A DNA stretch of 61,870 nt, filler included, from Candidatus Tectimicrobiota bacterium (lineage in GTDB: Bacteria; JACPSX01): the NCBI GenBank assembly GCA_016193065.1. It is 8 parts of 8 records of this genome, joined end to end, with 100 filler letters (N's around TTAATTAATTAA, not from the genome) between each part and the next. Parts side by side here need not be neighbours in the genome. Positions count along the whole stretch, not along the records: positions 1 to 10,724 come from JACPSX010000109.1; positions 10,825 to 23,538 come from JACPSX010000110.1; 6 more parts are not named here. The stretch is one strand, 5' to 3'. Each line of letters starts with the position of its first letter. Positions within the stretch are counted from its first letter, which is position 1. The notes under the pieces were generated by a model, which did not search any database, was not told where the DNA came from, and was given only the letters and a program-made list of their open reading frames with translations. Made by a program: the position numbers and the translations under genes. Shown here in pieces: positions 10,411 to 20,173 of this stretch.

Positions 10411-10724
10411 TCAAGCTGGCGGCTCGTTCCGGCATTTGAGGCGGGGTACGACCTCTTTGTGGAACAGCTCCAGCTGCCGGAAGTAATTGTTCGCGTGGAT
10501 CGTGAGGATGATGCGCTCCAGCCCGGCAATTGGCAAAAGGCCGTTGATCTTATCAGCCAGCATCTCCGGAGTGCCGACCGCTCCATACTTGTACCGCTCC
10601 TCTTGAGTCGGATCACCCTGGGCGCGGTAGATCTTCCGCCCCTCCCGTTCAATAACCCAGCGGGAGTCGCAGGAGGCGGCGTCGGCCATCGCCTCCTCGA
10701 GGTCGGGGTTGATGTTCACCTCAA
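10411..10724 (-). CDS. LLM-class flavin-dependent oxidoreductase, C-terminal fragment (contig edge)
   Basis: AVGTPEMLADKI...QLELFHKEVVPRL is typical of LLM C-termini. Confidence 0.65.
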
Positions 10725-10824
10725 NNNNNNNNNNNNNNNNNNNNNNNNNNNNNNNNNNNNNNNNNNNNTTAATTAATTAANNNNNNNNNNNNNNNNNNNN
10801 NNNNNNNNNNNNNNNNNNNNNNNN
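10725..10824. other. Artificial contig linker
   Basis: N-run + TTAATTAATTAA (stops in six frames) + N-run; same linker at 23539-23638, 34599-34698, 39989-40088, 50067-50166, 56071-56170, 58805-58904. Confidence 0.98.
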
Positions 10825-11731
10825 GGCCATCGTCAGTGCCTTGAAGAACCTGATCGAGAATGAAAAGCTCAAGACGAAGAACGCGGTCACTGCGGTCTCC
10901 GGGCATTCGGTCATCGTGAAGAAGATCAGCGTTCCCGCCATGGGGGAGGACGAGCTGGCCGAATCGATTCGCTTCGAAGCCGAGCAGTACATCCCCTTCG
11001 ATATCGAGGATGTCAACATCGACTTTCAGCTTCTGGGTTCCCCGGGCGAGACGGCGGAAGAAGGCGCCCAACAGATGGAGATTTTGTTGGTGGCCGCCCG
11101 CAAGGAGAAAATTGGAACTTTCACGGAGATCATCGCCCAGTCCGGGCTCAAGGCGATCACCGTGGATGTGGATGCCTTCGCCATGGAGAACCAGTACGAG
11201 CTCAACTACGATACTCCCCCCGACGAAGTTGTGGCCCTCGTCAACATTGGCGCGGGGATGATGAATATCAATGTGGTTAAAAACCAGATGACCGCCTTCA
11301 CCCGCGACGTATCCATCGGCGGCCGGCAAGTCACGGAGGCCATCGCCCGAGGATTGCAGGTAGATCTCGATGCGGCCGAAGCGCTGAAGCTGGGCCAGGA
11401 AGTCGAGGGGCATGGGACGGCTGAGGTCACCCCGCTGATTCACGGCGTCATTGACAAGATGAGCATGGAAATCCAGCGGTCCTTTGACTTTTTCCGCTCC
11501 ACGGCTTCCGGGGAAAAGATCAGCCGAATTCTCCTGAGCGGAGGGTGTGCCTGTCTGCAGGGCATCGACCGCTACCTGACCGACACGTTTGGCCTCCCGG
11601 TGGAAATTACCGATCCCTTCCGTCAGATTCAGGTGAGCGACAGCGACTTCGACCCGGAATACATTCGCCGCATGGCCCCTGTGGCGGCCATCGCCGTGGG
11701 TCTTGCGTTAAGGGGAGTGGGGGAAGGATGA
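10825..11731 (+). CDS. pilM: Type IV pilus assembly protein PilM (5' truncated)
   Basis: EAEQYIPFDIEDVNIDF, LVNIGA, ILLSGG, AVGLALR. Confidence 0.93.
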
Positions 11732-12345
11732 TCCGTATTAACCTGGCGACCCCCAGAAAGTCCCGCAAGCGCCTGGGCGTGGTCCAGCAACTCGCTGTGG
11801 CCGCGGTCCTGGTGGTTGTGGAGATCGGCCTGATGGGCTCCCTATGGCTGGGGCAGGGAGGGGAAATCAACCGGCTCCAAGGGGAAATACGCCGGGCCAA
11901 CCAGGAGTTGGAAAATCTCAAGAAGGTCGTGACCAAGGTGAGTGAGCAGGAAAAGGTAGAGGCGGATCTGAAAGAACGGCTGCAGGTCATCGCCGGGTTG
12001 CGCGAAAACCAGCAGGGGCCCATTAACCTCATGGACTTGTTGAGCCGGAGTCTTCCCGAGACCTTGTGGCTGACCAGCCTGGGAGAAAAGGAATCCAAGA
12101 TCGAGTTGGAGGGCTATTCTCTGGACAATCTCGGCGTCGCAAAATTTATGAAGAACCTGCAATCCTCTCCCACCCTGTCGGGTGTCGAGCTCGTCAGCTC
12201 CCAGCAGGAGGTGATTGAAAGCCGGAAGGTCCAGAAGTTTAAGATCGAGGCGACCCAGACCAAGAAAGCGGCGCCTTCGGTAGTGACCGGGAGCGCTCCC
12301 GGCAAGGGTGCGGCCAAAGGGCCTGAGAAGGCGCCGAAGTCGTAG
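11728..12345 (+). CDS. pilN: Type IV pilus assembly protein PilN
   Basis: ATG 11728 MIRINL, one TM helix, coiled coil, LPETLWLTSL. Confidence 0.9.
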   Translation: MIRINLATPRKSRKRLGVVQQLAVAAVLVVVEIGLMGSLWLGQGGEINRLQGEIRRANQELENLKKVVTKVSEQEKVEADLKERLQVIAGLRENQQGPINLMDLLSRSLPETLWLTSLGEKESKIELEGYSLDNLGVAKFMKNLQSSPTLSGVELVSSQQEVIESRKVQKFKIEATQTKKAAPSVVTGSAPGKGAAKGPEKAPKS

Positions 12346-12350
12346 GGGAT

Positions 12351-13022
12351 ATGATGGAAGGCTTGATCACAAAGATCCTGCAAATTCCGCCGGCACAGCG
12401 CTGGCTGGCAATGGGGGGTCTCCTGGTCGTACTGGGACTGGCCTATTATTTCCTCCTCTATTCGGGCCGGGTTGACGAGATCGAGACCCTGAACAAGAAC
12501 CTGACTCAACTCCAGGGCGAGGTGAGCAAGACCAAGACTGCGGCCCGGCGCCTGGCCGCTCTGGAGCGGCGCCTGGCCGCCTACAATCAAGAGCTCCAGG
12601 TGGCGGCCCGCTCCCTGCCGGACAGCAAGGAGATTCCCGAGTTGCTGACCCAGGTATCCAACATCGGGAGGCAGGCGGGTCTGGAGTTCTTGCTGTTTCA
12701 GCCCCAGGGGGAAACTTCCCAATCGTTCTATGCGGCGGTTCCCGTCAAGCTGCAAATTGCCGGCACCTTTTCTCAAATCATGATATTTTTCCGTGGACTC
12801 AGCCAGCTCCCTCGCATTGTGAATGTGACGGATCTCAAAATCGGCGGGGCTGATGTGCAACCGGGCCGGGTCACCCTGAAGATTGAATGTCTGGCCACAA
12901 CCTTTCGCTTCCTGAGAGAACAGGAGATTCGGGAAGCTGCCCAGAAAGCCGTGAAGGGTGGTGCTCGAAAGGCCCCACCTGCAAGCGCTCAGCAGCCCGC
13001 CAAAGGCGACGCTGGAGGGTAG
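12351..13022 (+). CDS. pilO: Type IV pilus assembly protein PilO
   Basis: LPDSKEIPELL, FYAAVPV, LPRIVNV. Confidence 0.92.
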   Translation: MMEGLITKILQIPPAQRWLAMGGLLVVLGLAYYFLLYSGRVDEIETLNKNLTQLQGEVSKTKTAARRLAALERRLAAYNQELQVAARSLPDSKEIPELLTQVSNIGRQAGLEFLLFQPQGETSQSFYAAVPVKLQIAGTFSQIMIFFRGLSQLPRIVNVTDLKIGGADVQPGRVTLKIECLATTFRFLREQEIREAAQKAVKGGARKAPPASAQQPAKGDAGG

Positions 13023-13026
13023 TTCC

Positions 13027-14994
13027 ATGTACAATCCCAGGAATAAAATGTTTCCGCTTGCTTGGCTGTTCTTGTTGCCTCTGCTTTTCTCCGGCGGATG
13101 CGCCACGACCGCGGGTCCCGGCAGGGCTCCGGAGGAATCTGCTGTGGGGACTGGCGAGGCGCGGATCGTCCGGGTCGGAGTCGACAAGGGCTCTGGAGGC
13201 AGTGAGCGGCTTACGGTGGAAACCACGGGGCCGGTGAATTCCACGGCCTTTCTGGCTTCTAATCCCCTGCGTCTGGAGCTTGACCTCTCCGGGATCAGCA
13301 TGGAAGCTCCTCTTCCTCAGTTGGAGGTTAGCGGCACCCTGATTAAGAGGGTGGCGGCGGTGCGGCTGCCGGAGAATAGAATCCTGCGGATCGAAGCGGA
13401 GTTGCTGCAGCCTGTCTCCTTCGAACTGATCCGGCAAGGAAAGCGGGTTTCGGTGGATCTGAGAGGAGTGGATGCCCCCCTCGCCAAGGCGGCTGGCGCG
13501 GATGGAGGAAGTGCAGATCCGGGCAAGGCAAGGCCAGCTTCCAACGGCGAGGAGCGCTCTAAAGTATCTCCTGCCCAGGTGGAGAAGACGCAGGCCCCGG
13601 CGTCAACGGAGGAGAAAAAGGGACCCAAGAAAGAGCCGGCACAGGAAGAGACGCCGCCGGAGAAACGGTACACGGGTTCCCGCGTTTCCCTCGATTTTCA
13701 GGATGCGGATCTCATTGGGGTTTTGAGGCTCATTGCGGAAGTCAGCGGCCTGAACATCATCACCACGCCGGAAGTATCGGGGAAGCTCTCGTTGCGCTTG
13801 ATCAACGTTCCCTGGGATCAGGCCCTGGACATCATTTTGAAGAACGCGAACCTGACCATGGTCCGCGAAGGCAACGTGGTCCGCATTGCTCCGAAAGCCC
13901 GGTTGGCTCAGGAGCGCGAAGAGACCCTGCGGGCTCAAAAGGCGGAACAGCAGGCGGAGGAGTTGGTGACCCGGATTCTTCCCGTGAGCTATGCAGACAC
14001 CAAAGAGCTGGTCTCGAACATCAAACCGCTGCTGACGGATCGGGGCACGGTTCAAGTGGACACCCGGACAAGCACCCTGATCGTCAAGGATGTGGAGCGG
14101 GTGCAGGGGGATGTGAGCAATCTGGTAAAGACTCTGGATCGCCAGACGCCTCAGGTCTCCATTGAGGCCAAGGTCGTCGAGGTGAGCCGGGACTTCAGCC
14201 GGGAGCTGGGAATCCAGTGGGGCGTCACCTACACCTATCCGAACCGGCGAATGACGGAGGAGATCCAGAGATTTCCACGGGCCGGCTTGGTGACGGGCGG
14301 GTCAACGGCCGCAACCGTCGGCGGCGTGACCCCGGGCGTACAGGGAGCCGATATCGTCCGCAACCTGGGAGTCTCCTCGGCTACAACGCCTGCCGGTGGC
14401 AACTATTTGGTCAGTTTGCCTGCTGCCGTGACCACCGGTGCCGGGGGGGCACTGGGAATCATTCTGGGCAGCCCGACCCTCGACCCGATCGTTCTGGCCG
14501 CGCAGCTCTCCGCCGCGGAGGCCACCGGCAAGGGGCGCATCCTGTCCAATCCCAAGATCACCACCCTGGACAACAAGGAAGCCAGCATCGAGCAAGGGCG
14601 CTCCATCCCCTACGAGACGACTTCCGCCGAGGGCACCAAGACCGAGTTCATTGACGCCACATTGAAACTGACGGTGACTCCTCACATCACGGCAGAAAAC
14701 ACGGTCTCCATGAAGATCAAGGTGACCAAGAATGCTCCCAATACCTCCGTCACCGGTGCCAGCGGAGCACCCAGCATCGACAAGAAAGAGGCGACCACGG
14801 AGGTCCTGGTCCGGGACGGTGAAACAACCGTCATCGGGGGAATCTTCACCAGCGATCAAAGCTCGAGCGAAAACAAGGTACCCGGGCTGGGAGATATCCC
14901 GCTGCTCGGATGGCTCTTCAAGAAAGAGAGGAAGGTTGACAACTCCACCGAGCTTTTGATCTTCATCACACCGCGGATCACCCGAAGCCGGTAG
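13027..14994 (+). CDS. pilQ: Type IV pilus secretin PilQ
   Basis: AMIN-like N-terminus, YTGSRVSLDFQDAD, VPWDQALD, secretin C-terminus VPGLGDIPLLGWLFK...ELLIFITPRI. Confidence 0.93.
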   Translation: MYNPRNKMFPLAWLFLLPLLFSGGCATTAGPGRAPEESAVGTGEARIVRVGVDKGSGGSERLTVETTGPVNSTAFLASNPLRLELDLSGISMEAPLPQLEVSGTLIKRVAAVRLPENRILRIEAELLQPVSFELIRQGKRVSVDLRGVDAPLAKAAGADGGSADPGKARPASNGEERSKVSPAQVEKTQAPASTEEKKGPKKEPAQEETPPEKRYTGSRVSLDFQDADLIGVLRLIAEVSGLNIITTPEVSGKLSLRLINVPWDQALDIILKNANLTMVREGNVVRIAPKARLAQEREETLRAQKAEQQAEELVTRILPVSYADTKELVSNIKPLLTDRGTVQVDTRTSTLIVKDVERVQGDVSNLVKTLDRQTPQVSIEAKVVEVSRDFSRELGIQWGVTYTYPNRRMTEEIQRFPRAGLVTGGSTAATVGGVTPGVQGADIVRNLGVSSATTPAGGNYLVSLPAAVTTGAGGALGIILGSPTLDPIVLAAQLSAAEATGKGRILSNPKITTLDNKEASIEQGRSIPYETTSAEGTKTEFIDATLKLTVTPHITAENTVSMKIKVTKNAPNTSVTGASGAPSIDKKEATTEVLVRDGETTVIGGIFTSDQSSSENKVPGLGDIPLLGWLFKKERKVDNSTELLIFITPRITRSR

Positions 14995-15043
14995 GCCCGC
15001 CAGAATTCGCAAATCCAGAGAGCAAGCCCAGGGGAGTCCAGGC

Positions 15044-16198
15044 GTGGAAACTGTTCGTGTCAATTTGCCCGGCAGGCAGTACCCGATCCTCATCGGCCGG
15101 GGCCTCATATCCCGTGCGGGCGAATTTCTGGCCGATGTGCAGGCCGGCCCTGCAGCAGGGTACCCGCAACGCCCAGAGGGCACCCGGGGGTACCCGGGGT
15201 GCAGGACAGGCAGCCGGGTGGTTGTGGTGACCAATCCGACGGTTTCCCGTCTCTACGGGGAGGAGATCCTTGCCGGCCTCGGGGCCCGCGGGTTTGCGCC
15301 TTTCCTGGTGGAGATCCCCGACGGAGAAGAATACAAGACTCTCGAGTCGGTCGCACGGGTGTACGAGGAACTCTTTGCCCGGCAACTGGACCGCGGCTCC
15401 ACTCTGGTGGCCCTGGGAGGAGGTGTGGTCGGGGATTTGACCGGCTTTGTGGCGGCCACTTTCATGCGGGGGATCCGCTACCTGCAGGTGCCCACCACGC
15501 TCCTGGCCCAGGTGGACAGCAGCGTGGGAGGAAAAACCGGGGTCAATCATCCCCGCGGAAAGAACCTGATCGGGGCCTTCCACCAGCCGGCCGCCGTGAT
15601 CACCGATGTGGAGGTCCTGCGCAGCTTGTCCCCGGAAGAGTTCCGTTCGGGGCTGGCCGAGGTGGTCAAGTACGGCGCCATTGCCGACCCGGATTTTTTT
15701 GCTTTCCTGGAATCCTCCGCCGTAGCGATCCGCGTCCGGGATGAGGGAACTCTCGTCCGGATTGTCAAGCGGTGCTGCGAGATCAAGGCCTCTTACGTGG
15801 AACAGGACGAGAGGGAGGAGAGCGGCCTGCGGGCCCATTTGAACTTCGGCCATACGTTTGCCCATGCCCTGGAGACGGCCACCTCGTATTGTGCTTATCG
15901 CCACGGCGAGGCTGTCGCCGTCGGCATGGCTTGTGCCGCCAGGCTTTCAGCCCTCTTGAATTTGTGTGGAAACCAGGAGGTGGAGCGTCTGTCCGCGCTG
16001 CTGAAGTCGCTGGAGCTACCGGTAAACATGCGTGGCGTGACGCCCGGGGCCATCGCGGAAGCCCTCGTGTATGACAAGAAGGCTGTGGAGGGGACCTTGC
16101 GCTTTATTCTGATGAAGACGATCGGTCAAGTCTTCCTTGCGGACAGCGTGCCGTTTCCCGAGGTCCGCAAGATCCTTAAGTGGGCCTGCATTGCCTGA
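15044..16198 (+). CDS. aroB: 3-dehydroquinate synthase with an N-terminal insertion
   Basis: GGGVVGD, PTTLLAQVDSSVGGKTGVN, LNFGHTFAHALE, HGEAV. Confidence 0.95.
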   Translation: METVRVNLPGRQYPILIGRGLISRAGEFLADVQAGPAAGYPQRPEGTRGYPGCRTGSRVVVVTNPTVSRLYGEEILAGLGARGFAPFLVEIPDGEEYKTLESVARVYEELFARQLDRGSTLVALGGGVVGDLTGFVAATFMRGIRYLQVPTTLLAQVDSSVGGKTGVNHPRGKNLIGAFHQPAAVITDVEVLRSLSPEEFRSGLAEVVKYGAIADPDFFAFLESSAVAIRVRDEGTLVRIVKRCCEIKASYVEQDEREESGLRAHLNFGHTFAHALETATSYCAYRHGEAVAVGMACAARLSALLNLCGNQEVERLSALLKSLELPVNMRGVTPGAIAEALVYDKKAVEGTLRFILMKTIGQVFLADSVPFPEVRKILKWACIA

Positions 16199-16414
16199 CA
16201 CCGATGCCGGGCTTTCAACTCGACCCCGACCCGAAAAAAATCAAGGGCCAGAACCTGGGAAATTCGCGATTCTCTTTGACGTTGGGGGAATCGGCAGGTG
16301 GTTTGGTAATCTCCTAATTGGGCCGTGGGGGGCTGCTTGGAACTCGGGCATACGGGCCGCTTTTCTACAAGCCTCTGGAGGGATTACCTGTCAATCTAGA
16401 GTTTCTGATCGGGG

Positions 16415-16443
16415 TTGACTTCCCCTGCCGTTTGATGGATACT
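16415..16443 (+). promoter_or_regulatory. Putative sigma70 promoter for aroQ-accB-accC (possibly leaderless)
   Basis: TTGACT-17 nt-GATACT, ATG 7 nt downstream. Confidence 0.45.
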
Positions 16444-16450
16444 TTCCGCG

Positions 16451-16726
16451 ATGCAGGGGGCGGCGGGATCCTATGATGCCATTGTCATCAACCCGGCGGC
16501 CTACACCCATACCAGCGTTGCTATCCTGGATGCGCTTCTGGCAGTCGGTATTCCGAGCGTCGAGGTACACATGACCAATATATACGGAAGAGAAGATTTT
16601 CGCCGGACGTCGCTCACGACGGCGGCGGCTCGTGGCCAGATTTGCGGATTTGGAGCCTACAGCTACATCCTCGGATTGGAAGCTGTCTGGCATATTCTGA
16701 CCGCCCCGCAGAACACGGACCATTGA
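16451..16726 (+). pseudogene. aroQ: Type II dehydroquinase lacking the N-terminal catalytic part
   Basis: INPAAYTHTS, EVHMTNIYGREDFR present; GPNLN...YG segment absent directly after ATG. Confidence 0.8.
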
Positions 16727-16739
16727 TCCCTCTCAACGG

Positions 16740-17231
16740 TTGAGGAAGACGGTGGACCTAAAAGATTTGGAAGAGCTGATCGATCTGTTTGAGCGCAAAA
16801 AGATCGCCGAACTGGAGTTCGAAAGATCCGGCGTGCGCGTGCGCCTGAAAAAAAGTGCTTCCCCCGAAACCGTGGGCGTGCCGTTTCCCTGGCCGGCTCT
16901 CACCCCCCCCGGGTCGGCCGCGGGGGCCAAGGGGGATCTGGATGCTGCAAACGGTCGGGGGAATTCCCCTCCCCTGGCCTCGACTTCCAATGTCGTTACG
17001 GTCACATCACCGATTGTCGGCACTTTCTATCGCGCCCCCTCCCCGGAAGCGGAACCGTTCGTGCAGGAGGGGGATCTGGTCGAAAAGGGACAGGTGCTCT
17101 GCATCGTAGAAGCGATGAAGCTTATGAACGAAATCGAAGCGGAATGTGCCGGAAAAATCCTCTCCGCTTTGGTCGAGAACGGCAACGCCGTAGAGTACGG
17201 AGAGGCTCTCTTCCACATCGAGCCGCTTTGA
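16740..17231 (+). CDS. accB: Biotin carboxyl carrier protein
   Basis: SPIVGTFY, EAMKLMNEI biotinylation motif. Confidence 0.96.
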   Translation: MRKTVDLKDLEELIDLFERKKIAELEFERSGVRVRLKKSASPETVGVPFPWPALTPPGSAAGAKGDLDAANGRGNSPPLASTSNVVTVTSPIVGTFYRAPSPEAEPFVQEGDLVEKGQVLCIVEAMKLMNEIEAECAGKILSALVENGNAVEYGEALFHIEPL

Positions 17232-17252
17232 GCGACGGTTTCCAAAAGGATT

Positions 17253-18608
17253 ATGTTCCACAAGATACTGATCGCCAACCGGGGGGAAATCGCCCTCCGC
17301 ATATTGCGTGCCTGCAAGGAGATGGGGGTTCGAACCGTGGCGGTTCATTCCACGGCGGACGCTGGAGCGGCCCACGTCAAGCTGGCGGACGAATCCCTCT
17401 GCATCGGTCCTCCCGAAAGCTCCGCCAGCTATCTCAACGTGGCCAGCATCATCAGCGCCGCCGAGATCACGGACGCGGAGGCGATCCACCCCGGTTATGG
17501 GTTTCTGGCTGAAAATCCTCACTTTGCCGAAGTCTGTGAAAGTTGCCGGATCAAGTTCATCGGCCCTACCCCGGAGCACCTTCGCCTCATCGGGGACAAA
17601 GCCCAGGCTCGTCGGATGATGCAGGAGGCCGGGGTTCCCATCCTAATGGGGAGCGAATCCTCCCTGCAGAGCTCGGAGGAGGCAGTCGAGCTGGCTCGGC
17701 AGGTGGGCTATCCCGTGCTGCTCAAGGCCGTGGCGGGCGGCGGGGGCAAGGGAATGCGGGTCGTCAGGGACGAGGAGGGGTTGATGAACGCCCTGCTCAT
17801 GGTCCAGGCCGAGGCCTCCGCCTCGTTCGGGAATGACAGCATCTTCCTGGAGAAATATCTCGAAAAGGCCCGCCACGTCGAAGTACAGATCGTGGCCGAT
17901 GAACTCGGCAACGTGGTGCACTGCGGGGACCGGGAGTGCACGATTCAGCGCCGCTATCAAAAGCTCATCGAGGAGGGGCCCTCCCCGGCCATCAGTGATA
18001 AGCTTCGCGAAGAAATCGGCCGGGTGGCCGTAAAGGCGGTGAAGACGATGCAATACCGCAACGTGGGCACCATGGAGTTCTTGCTGGATTCCGAGGGGCG
18101 CTACTACTTCATTGAGATGAACGGCCGAATTCAGGTGGAGCACGCGGTCACCGAGATGATCACCGGCATCGACCTCATCAAGGAACAGATCCGGATCGCG
18201 GCAGGCGAGAAGCTACAGTTTACGCAAAAGCAGGTCCACATCCACGGGCACAGCCTGGAGTGCCGGATCAATGCGGAGGATCCGGAAAAGTTCATCCCGT
18301 GTCCCGGCCGGATCTCTTATCTGAGTCTGCCTGGAGGGCCCGGCGTGCGTGTCGACACGGCCATCTTTCCAGGCTACGAGGTTACCCCCCATTACGATTC
18401 CCTCATCGCGAAGCTGATCGTCCACGGTGAGGACCGCATGGAGGCCATCTCTCGGATGATTCGGGCTCTCGGCGAGTTTCAAATTGAAGGGGTGAAAACC
18501 ACCATCCCGTTTCACCTTCAGGTGCTCGCGAACCCGGAGTTTATCCGAGGGGAGTTCTCGACGGACTTTCTCGACCGCTATCATCTCCCGGCTGCGGCCA
18601 GGGGTTGA
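17253..18608 (+). CDS. accC: Biotin carboxylase
   Basis: [35 protein letters not shown]. Confidence 0.97.
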   Translation: MFHKILIANRGEIALRILRACKEMGVRTVAVHSTADAGAAHVKLADESLCIGPPESSASYLNVASIISAAEITDAEAIHPGYGFLAENPHFAEVCESCRIKFIGPTPEHLRLIGDKAQARRMMQEAGVPILMGSESSLQSSEEAVELARQVGYPVLLKAVAGGGGKGMRVVRDEEGLMNALLMVQAEASASFGNDSIFLEKYLEKARHVEVQIVADELGNVVHCGDRECTIQRRYQKLIEEGPSPAISDKLREEIGRVAVKAVKTMQYRNVGTMEFLLDSEGRYYFIEMNGRIQVEHAVTEMITGIDLIKEQIRIAAGEKLQFTQKQVHIHGHSLECRINAEDPEKFIPCPGRISYLSLPGGPGVRVDTAIFPGYEVTPHYDSLIAKLIVHGEDRMEAISRMIRALGEFQIEGVKTTIPFHLQVLANPEFIRGEFSTDFLDRYHLPAAARG

Positions 18609-18661
18609 CGGTCTCTCAAGTCTTCCCCCAGGTTCCGTGAACCCTCGCAGCGGGGTGGTCT

Positions 18662-19510
18662 GTGCTTCGCTCTCGGCCTTTGCGTGTTGAGGGATTGCGT
18701 ATGGCTTTTATGAGCTTCCGGCCAGGGCGCGCTGGCTCCATTCGGGCCCCGGGGAAAAAGCATCCCGGCAGGGCGTCTGCGATCCTGTTTCTCGCGTTCT
18801 TGTTTCCCGTCCTGGGGAGCGCCAGCGTCAGCGGCCAGCGTTTGGCCCCACCCGATGCCACCCGGATTGTCGTCATTGATCCCGGTCATGGCGGCCCGGA
18901 TTCCGGTCTGGTGGGCGCCCTCGGTGTCCAGGAAAAGGATGTGGCTCTGGCGTTTTCCCAGCTCTTGCAATCTCTGATTCAAGAGCGCTGGGGAACGAGG
19001 GCTCTGCTGACCAGAGCCTCCGATGTCTCTGTCCCCGATGCTCTCCGGGTCGCCCGGGCCAATCAGGAAAAGGCCGCTCTATTCCTGGGAGTTCATCTGG
19101 GAAGTTCGGGACTGCGGCGGGGGATGCGCCTGCTCTATCCGCTGTTCCCGGCCGAAGATCGCAGTTCTGATGGGACAGCGGGTCAAAGGGGGAGTCCTTC
19201 CTCCGCGCTCCGGGTGCTGTTGTGGGACCAGTTCCCGACCTCCGGGACCCTCCAGGAGAGCCGGAGGTTGGCGTTTGAGACAGGAAGGCGTCTCGAGGAG
19301 AACCAGGTCACACTGATCGGGGTACAGGGAATCCCGCTTTCCGGATTCCGGGGCTTGACGGCTCCGGGTTTTCTCCTGGAACTCGGACAGATTCCCAATG
19401 CCGAGGAGGAGAAACGCCTGAAGGACCCGGGGAACCTGGCTAGAATGGCCCAGGCGCTGCTGGCTGCGCTAGAGCAGTCCTGGTGGGTTCCCGGGCAAAA
19501 GACACCGTAA
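18662..19510 (+). CDS. N-acetylmuramoyl-L-alanine amidase (Amidase_3); true start probably downstream
   Basis: IDPGHGG, EKD, GVH, LLELG Zn/catalytic residues. Confidence 0.78.
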   Translation: MLRSRPLRVEGLRMAFMSFRPGRAGSIRAPGKKHPGRASAILFLAFLFPVLGSASVSGQRLAPPDATRIVVIDPGHGGPDSGLVGALGVQEKDVALAFSQLLQSLIQERWGTRALLTRASDVSVPDALRVARANQEKAALFLGVHLGSSGLRRGMRLLYPLFPAEDRSSDGTAGQRGSPSSALRVLLWDQFPTSGTLQESRRLAFETGRRLEENQVTLIGVQGIPLSGFRGLTAPGFLLELGQIPNAEEEKRLKDPGNLARMAQALLAALEQSWWVPGQKTP

Positions 19511-19532
19511 GCCCATTTTCGGAGGACGCCTC

Positions 19533-20141
19533 GTGCGACTTCGACCTCTTTACTGGGTTGCTGGGACGGCAATTCTGCTGGCGGCGGGAGGGTGGGGGAT
19601 TTATCAAAACTGGATCCGGGACCAGCGGATCAAGTCTCCCGGAGCGCGAGGAGTCTCGAGTCCGGTTCTACCCAGGGAGGGGGGAGTTGCCGTGACTCTC
19701 TACCTGCCAGCGGGTGATTCGGAAGGTCTCAGGGAGGAGAAAAGAGAGCTCCCGGATTCCCCCCAGTTTGAGCAGAAGGCTGCGGCGGTTCTGGGGGAAC
19801 TGCTGAAGGAAAATTCCGCCGCCGGGGAGGGACTCTTTCCACGGGGCACGAAAGTGCTGGCGGTTTATTGGGACACTGCCGGGATTGCGTACGTGGATCT
19901 CAGCCAGGAAGCCGGCCAGGGGGTGCGTCTGGGCCCCTGGGCGGAGGCGTTGCGGGTCTACGCGGTGGTCAACACCATGGCGGCCAATTTTCCCGGGGTG
20001 AAGCGGGTGAAGATCTTGGTGGAGGGACAGGAAGTGGACAGTCTGGCGGGACATGTGAGCCTGCAGGACCCCCTGGAGCCGAGGCCCGATATGGTTCAGC
20101 CGGCGGCAGGTGTTGGGGGTGGTGCTCCCCCAAGCTCCTGA
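19533..20141 (+). CDS. GerMN-domain protein
   Basis: N-terminal TM, AYVDLS, VVNTM, VKILVEG, LAGHVSL. Confidence 0.82.
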   Translation: MRLRPLYWVAGTAILLAAGGWGIYQNWIRDQRIKSPGARGVSSPVLPREGGVAVTLYLPAGDSEGLREEKRELPDSPQFEQKAAAVLGELLKENSAAGEGLFPRGTKVLAVYWDTAGIAYVDLSQEAGQGVRLGPWAEALRVYAVVNTMAANFPGVKRVKILVEGQEVDSLAGHVSLQDPLEPRPDMVQPAAGVGGGAPPSS

Positions 20142-20173
20142 TCTCGGCTCCCGGCGGCCGGCGGATCAATTTG

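Noticed and set aside
10401-10652. N-terminal extension of the 555-aa ORF 8985..10652
   Set aside because: Overlaps the LLM gene; the RBS and GTG at 10400 give the realistic start.
10725-10824. Repeated TTAATTAATTAA motif flanked by Ns (seven copies)
   Set aside because: Artificial six-frame-stop linker. Genes on opposite sides are not neighbours, and ORFs containing X runs are artefacts.
12114-15904. Long antisense ORFs (e.g. 12114..13301, 14302..15234, 14978..15904; likewise 45943..47154, 56403..57500, 60213..61277)
   Set aside because: Shadow frames of high-GC genes with no recognisable motifs.
18662-19510. Amidase as a catalytically dead pseudo-enzyme
   Set aside because: His, Glu, His and the catalytic Glu all appear to be retained despite divergence.
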